NCBI GenBank assembly: GCA_040219255.1
Contig: JAVJSW010000049.1
Coordinates: forward strand, 208,738-240,737
Source: Sumerlaeia bacterium
GTDB taxonomy: Bacteria; Sumerlaeota; Sumerlaeia; SLMS01; JAHLLQ01
DNA: 32,000 nucleotides
Direction: 5' to 3'
This document shows, piece after piece, positions 28,624 to 32,000 of this stretch; within the stretch, counting starts at the first letter, position 1, and each line of letters begins with the position of its first letter. Below the pieces are notes generated by a model, which saw only the letters and a program-made list of their open reading frames with translations, searched no databases and was not told where the DNA came from. Both the position numbers and the translations under genes were made by a program.

Positions 28624-30135
28624 ATGCCCGCCGAGGTGGACGCCGCCATGGCCCCCGCCGCGCGACCCTTCATTTCGGAAAGGGGCGCCGCCCGGGCCGT
28701 TGCCTTGGCCGCCACGCTTTGGCTCTTGGCCTACTGGGGCTGGGCCCACGCGACAGGACGGGCCTGGATTTTCGAAGACGACGCCATCCGCATCAACTTC
28801 GTGCAGGTGATGGGCAACGGTCAATGGCCCCACGAATGGGGTTATGGATGGTTGCCACTGCCAACGTTATGGGGCGGGCTTTGGGCCTCGTTCCTGGGCG
28901 AACCGGTCGCGGGGGCGGTCAGCGCCGGTTGCCTCGCCGCGATGGTGGCGGCGCTGTGGCTGACGTGGGCGCTGGCTCGGCGGCTGGCTCCGCGGCAGCC
29001 TTTGGCGGCGGCGCTGGTGGTGGCGGCCTACGCCGCCAGCCCCATCGTGGCGCGGCTGGCCGCGTCGGCCCTCAGCGAGCCCCTCTTTCTCGCCCTCGCC
29101 CTGGGGGCCGGTTGGCTGCTGGGCGAGGCGGCGGCGGGCCGGCGCTGGGCGCTGGCCGGCGGACTGGCGCTGCTCGTGGGAACGCAGGCGGTGCGCTACG
29201 AAGCCTGGGCGGCGTCGCTGCTGACCGGCGGAGCCATGATCGCCCTCTTCCAGGCCCGCGCCCGCGGAGGGGCGATGCTGGCCGCGATGGCGGGGATGGC
29301 GGCGCTGGCGGCCTTTCCCGCGCTCTGGAGCCTCGGCTCCTGGATTCAGCGCGGCGATCCTTTCGCCTACATCAACGACTTCCGGGCCGTTCACTACGGC
29401 TATCACGCGGACCTGACCGTCGCGCGACGTCTCGCGCGCCTCGGCCCCGGATTCCAGGCCACCGCCGCGGGCTGGGGAGTGCTCGTGCTGACGGGGGCCG
29501 CCTGGGCCTTCGCCGAGCGCCGGGAGCGGGATGAATTTTCGCCCATTCCCTTGGCCGTTCTTGGCTTAGCCACCCTGGCCTTTCTTCTCCTGAGCGCCAT
29601 CCGGGGCGAGTTCGCCCACGTCGCCCTCGACCGCTTCGTCGCCATCCCGATGCTGCTGCTGCTGCCGCTGGCGGCGCGGCCGGCCGGTTGGGTGCTCGAT
29701 CACCTCCAAGGCTGGCGGCGCTTCGCATTCGCCGCGCTGGGGATTCTCGCCGCCGCCGGCGGATTCTTGGCGTTCGACAAGGGCTACGCCCTGACGCGGC
29801 TCGAGTTGCGCGAAAACCTCATGGACCTCCTGGCACCCGCCGATGTCGTCTGGTTCGTCTTGCCGGAGGGCCAGGAAGACGTCTTGCCGAACAGCCTCTC
29901 CGCCATCGGGCCGCCGAGCGTGGCTATGACCACCCGGCGCTTACCCGCCGAGGCCAGCGCGCGCCAACTGCTGGCCCTGATGAACGAAGGCCCCGGCTGG
30001 ATCGTCCTCGATCCGCGTTTCGAGGCGGCGCCCGAACTGATCCGCCAGGCCCGGACCGGCTGGCGGGTGCTTGGACCCGTCGATGAACTGTTGCTTTTCT
30101 TGAGGCGCCCGGACGATTCTTCTTCTGGACCGTAA
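28624..30135 (+). CDS. polytopic membrane protein, GT-C-fold glycosyltransferase-like (ArnT/PMT_2-like)
   Basis: There are roughly 10 or more hydrophobic helices. An acidic first-loop motif, FEDDAIRINFVQVMGNGQWP...WLPLP, resembles the DE...m..g.w...P pattern of GT39/GT83 enzymes. The C-terminal domain is soluble. The functional call is tentative. Confidence 0.55.
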   Translation: MPAEVDAAMAPAARPFISERGAARAVALAATLWLLAYWGWAHATGRAWIFEDDAIRINFVQVMGNGQWPHEWGYGWLPLPTLWGGLWASFLGEPVAGAVSAGCLAAMVAALWLTWALARRLAPRQPLAAALVVAAYAASPIVARLAASALSEPLFLALALGAGWLLGEAAAGRRWALAGGLALLVGTQAVRYEAWAASLLTGGAMIALFQARARGGAMLAAMAGMAALAAFPALWSLGSWIQRGDPFAYINDFRAVHYGYHADLTVARRLARLGPGFQATAAGWGVLVLTGAAWAFAERRERDEFSPIPLAVLGLATLAFLLLSAIRGEFAHVALDRFVAIPMLLLLPLAARPAGWVLDHLQGWRRFAFAALGILAAAGGFLAFDKGYALTRLELRENLMDLLAPADVVWFVLPEGQEDVLPNSLSAIGPPSVAMTTRRLPAEASARQLLALMNEGPGWIVLDPRFEAAPELIRQARTGWRVLGPVDELLLFLRRPDDSSSGP

Positions 30136-30228
30136 CCGGTTGGTCTGCTCCTTGCACCTCGTCCCCTGTGCGACGGTGCGCGAGCAGCGCTCCACCACCG
30201 CGCCGCCCCCAGGAGTTGTGAACATCGA

Positions 30229-31365
30229 ATGCTGACCCGCTTTGGTTTTCCCATTGGCAAATTGTTTGGTATCCAGGTCCGTGTCGATCTGACGTGGATT
30301 CTGCTCTTCGGCCTGATCGTGTCGGTCCTGACCACCGACATCTTCGGCGACTTCGGCCTGGACCGGGGCGCTGCCATCATGCTGTCGGTGGCGACCGCGC
30401 TCTTGTTCTTCGCGAGCCTGCTGGCCCACGAATTCGGCCACGCGCTCACCGCCCGCGCCTTTGGTATCAAAACGCGCCAGATCGTGTTATTCCTCTTCGG
30501 CGGCGTCGCCCAGATCGAATCGGACCCGCGCAAAGCCCTCCACGAATTCCTCATCGCCGTCGCCGGACCCGCCGTCTCCGTGGCTCTGGCCGTGGTCTTC
30601 GGCGCGTTGTGGTGGCTCACTTCCGAGACCATCGCCCCCCCACTCTCCCAGGCCCTCTACTATCTCGGCTCGATCAACCTGATCCTGGCGATTTTCAACT
30701 TCATTCCCGGCTTTCCGATGGACGGCGGCCGGGTGCTCCGCGCGGCGATCTGGGGCGTCACAGGCAATTACCTGACCGCCACCCGCATCGCCTCCTGGTT
30801 CGGCCAGGGCTTCGGCTTCTTCCTTATGGGCCTGGGCGCCATCGGCATGCTGCTCGGCTGGTTCGATCTCGGCAGCGCCGTGCTCTACGGCTTCATGGGC
30901 TGGTTCCTGGCGGGCCTGGCGCGCCAGTCCTACCGCCAGGCGCAGATCACCGACGCCCTGCACCCCTACCTCGTGCGAGACCTCATGCGCCCCATCAACG
31001 TCGTGGTGCCCTCGACCCTCGATCTCGAAGACATCGTCGAACTCTACTTCCGCCGCGTCCGCACCGACACCTTCCCGGTGGTAGAAGGCGAACGGCTGCT
31101 CGGCTACATCTCCAACACCGACGCCGAACGCCACGAGCAGCGCCAGTGGCCCTGGATCCAGGCCAAGGAAATCGCCCGCCCCTATCGCCGCGAAGACGGC
31201 GTGGACCCCGACATGGACGCCTTCGCCGCGCTCCAGAAAATCGCCGCCGGCCCCACCCCCCGAGCCTCCATCCCGGTCTTCAAAGGCACCCGCCTGCTGG
31301 GCCACATCTTCGCCCAGGACCTCGCCGCCCTGATCGCCCGAGGGCGCGCGGGGCAGGGGGGATAG
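30229..31365 (+). CDS. site-2 protease family (peptidase M50) protein with C-terminal CBS pair
   Basis: HEFGHAL (HExxH) and NLILAIFNFIPGFPMDGGRVL (the NxxPxxxxDG motif) are present. The C-terminal ~140 aa are CBS-like (VRDLMRPINVVVPSTLDLEDIVELYFR..., IPVFKGTRLLGHIF). AGGAG lies upstream at 30211-30215. Confidence 0.9.
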   Translation: MLTRFGFPIGKLFGIQVRVDLTWILLFGLIVSVLTTDIFGDFGLDRGAAIMLSVATALLFFASLLAHEFGHALTARAFGIKTRQIVLFLFGGVAQIESDPRKALHEFLIAVAGPAVSVALAVVFGALWWLTSETIAPPLSQALYYLGSINLILAIFNFIPGFPMDGGRVLRAAIWGVTGNYLTATRIASWFGQGFGFFLMGLGAIGMLLGWFDLGSAVLYGFMGWFLAGLARQSYRQAQITDALHPYLVRDLMRPINVVVPSTLDLEDIVELYFRRVRTDTFPVVEGERLLGYISNTDAERHEQRQWPWIQAKEIARPYRREDGVDPDMDAFAALQKIAAGPTPRASIPVFKGTRLLGHIFAQDLAALIARGRAGQGG

Positions 31366-31558
31366 CGCTAGCCCGCTCCCAAAACTACTTTTAAAAGATT
31401 TAGCTTGTCATGCGCTTGTTTTTCGCCAATCATTACAAATTGGCGGGACTGCGGTCATGGAATTTAGAAATCGAGAAAAAGTAAGACTCCACCGCCCAGG
31501 GGCATCGGCAGTCTAGCGAGAGGGCGCCCCGGCAAGTTCGGGGCACTGGAAGAAGAGA

Positions 31559-31614
31559 GAACCGACGCGATGCCGGCCCTTTCGCGCTTCCGGATCGCGT
31601 CGGTTTTTCTTGTT
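31559..31614 (+). terminator. strong rho-independent terminator
   Basis: ACCGACGCGAT (31561-31571) pairs perfectly with ATCGCGTCGGT (31594-31604). CCGG/CCGG pairing occurs inside the loop. The stem is followed by TTTTTCTTGTT. Confidence 0.75.
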
Positions 31615-31832
31615 CGGCGGCACGGAGAATGTTCAGGATGAAGAATCACCTATGATTTCCTAAGAGCCCGCAATCCAGCGGCAAAGCCAATCTGTCCGTT
31701 CGCGGTGCCCTCTGCCGCGGAGCGAGAGGCAGACCCTGGCGTCACGCGTACCGATGGCCGATCGAATCGGAATGCCATCGCAACCAGAACGATTTCCCGT
31801 ACTCCGGCGCGGGAGCGTTCCCACTTCTCCTA

Positions 31833-32000
31833 ATGGAAAGGCAAATCATCGTGCTTTATACGATCGCCATCATTCTTATCATCCTCTGGCTCCTCGGCCT
31901 CGTTTCCTCCGTCACCATGAACGGATTGATCCACATCCTGCTGGTGATCGCCATCGTGGTGATTCTTCTTCGCGTCATCAACGGACGCAGGGCGATTTAG
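31833..32000 (+). CDS. lmo0937-family small membrane protein
   Basis: Not in the track because it is under 60 aa. ATG at 31833 (alternative GTG at 31851), TAG at 31998-32000. The product MERQIIVLYTIAIILIILWLLGLVSSVTMNGLIHILLVIAIVVILLRVINGRRAI matches the conserved pattern of this ~50-aa family (LWLLG...GGLIHILLVIAIVV...GRR). Confidence 0.75.
   Translation: MERQIIVLYTIAIILIILWLLGLVSSVTMNGLIHILLVIAIVVILLRVINGRRAI

Noticed and set aside
14400-29534. Other long shadow or off-frame ORFs: 14400-15518(-), 15238-16821(+), 17021-18625(-), 22493-23680(+), 22680-23858(-), 23981-25243(-), 25712-27046(-), 26875-28227(-), 28356-29534(+), and also 29784-30632(-)
   Set aside because: Each overlaps a frame with clear family motifs or membrane-protein character. 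Each has Arg/Pro/Gly/Ala-dominated low-complexity translations.
31464-31649. 61-aa minus-strand ORF in the S2P-downstream region
   Set aside because: It spans the intrinsic terminator hairpin, and its composition (Arg/Pro/Leu/Ser) looks non-coding. The region is better explained as UTR or sRNA.

Overview
High-GC bacterial chromosomal window (a counted 60-nt flank sample is 63% GC). I recognised no rRNA, tRNA, transposase, integrase or cas gene. The left edge carries a clean CRISPR array at 202-1032: 13 copies of a 32-nt repeat and 12 unique spacers. The only place its cas genes could be is left of position 1. The degenerate terminal repeat runs directly into a 54-bp element at 1030-1083. An inverted copy of that element sits at 4158-4211, and the two copies bracket only the aconitase gene acnA. 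Directly right of the second copy is a ~1.3-kb low-GC islet (two counted 60-nt samples, 42-43% GC). It holds a single 358-codon ORF whose C-terminal helical region carries an RNxxxH (HEPN-type Rx4-6H) motif, and its upstream region is dense with short repeats and palindromes. This array / inverted-repeat bracket / solitary HEPN-like gene arrangement is my best candidate for something undescribed. The evidence is a short motif plus context, so it needs structure or profile searches and the flanking contig. The rest looks like ordinary, possibly PVC-like (Planctomycetes-Verrucomicrobia-Chlamydiae) chromosome. A minus-strand cluster encodes a giant secreted multidomain protein, an orphan FtsX-type permease, an SQS/PSY-like (squalene/phytoene synthase) protein lacking the Asp-rich motifs, and a hypothetical protein. 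It is divergent from an operon encoding a YtrA-type GntR regulator, an ABC ATPase, a polytopic membrane protein and an anchored protein. The shared intergenic region contains a three-half-site operator-like palindrome. Further right are a degenerate GGDEF protein, a secreted beta-propeller repeat protein, a DinB-family protein, a cold-shock protein with a clear terminator, a ZnuA-like lipoprotein, a CBM48-like/TPR protein, Pth2, an M29 aminopeptidase, a small membrane protein, a cupin fusion, a GT-C-like membrane protein, an M50 site-2 protease with CBS domains, and an lmo0937-family mini-protein. Many long ORFs in the supplied track are antisense or off-frame shadows typical of high-GC DNA and were rejected.
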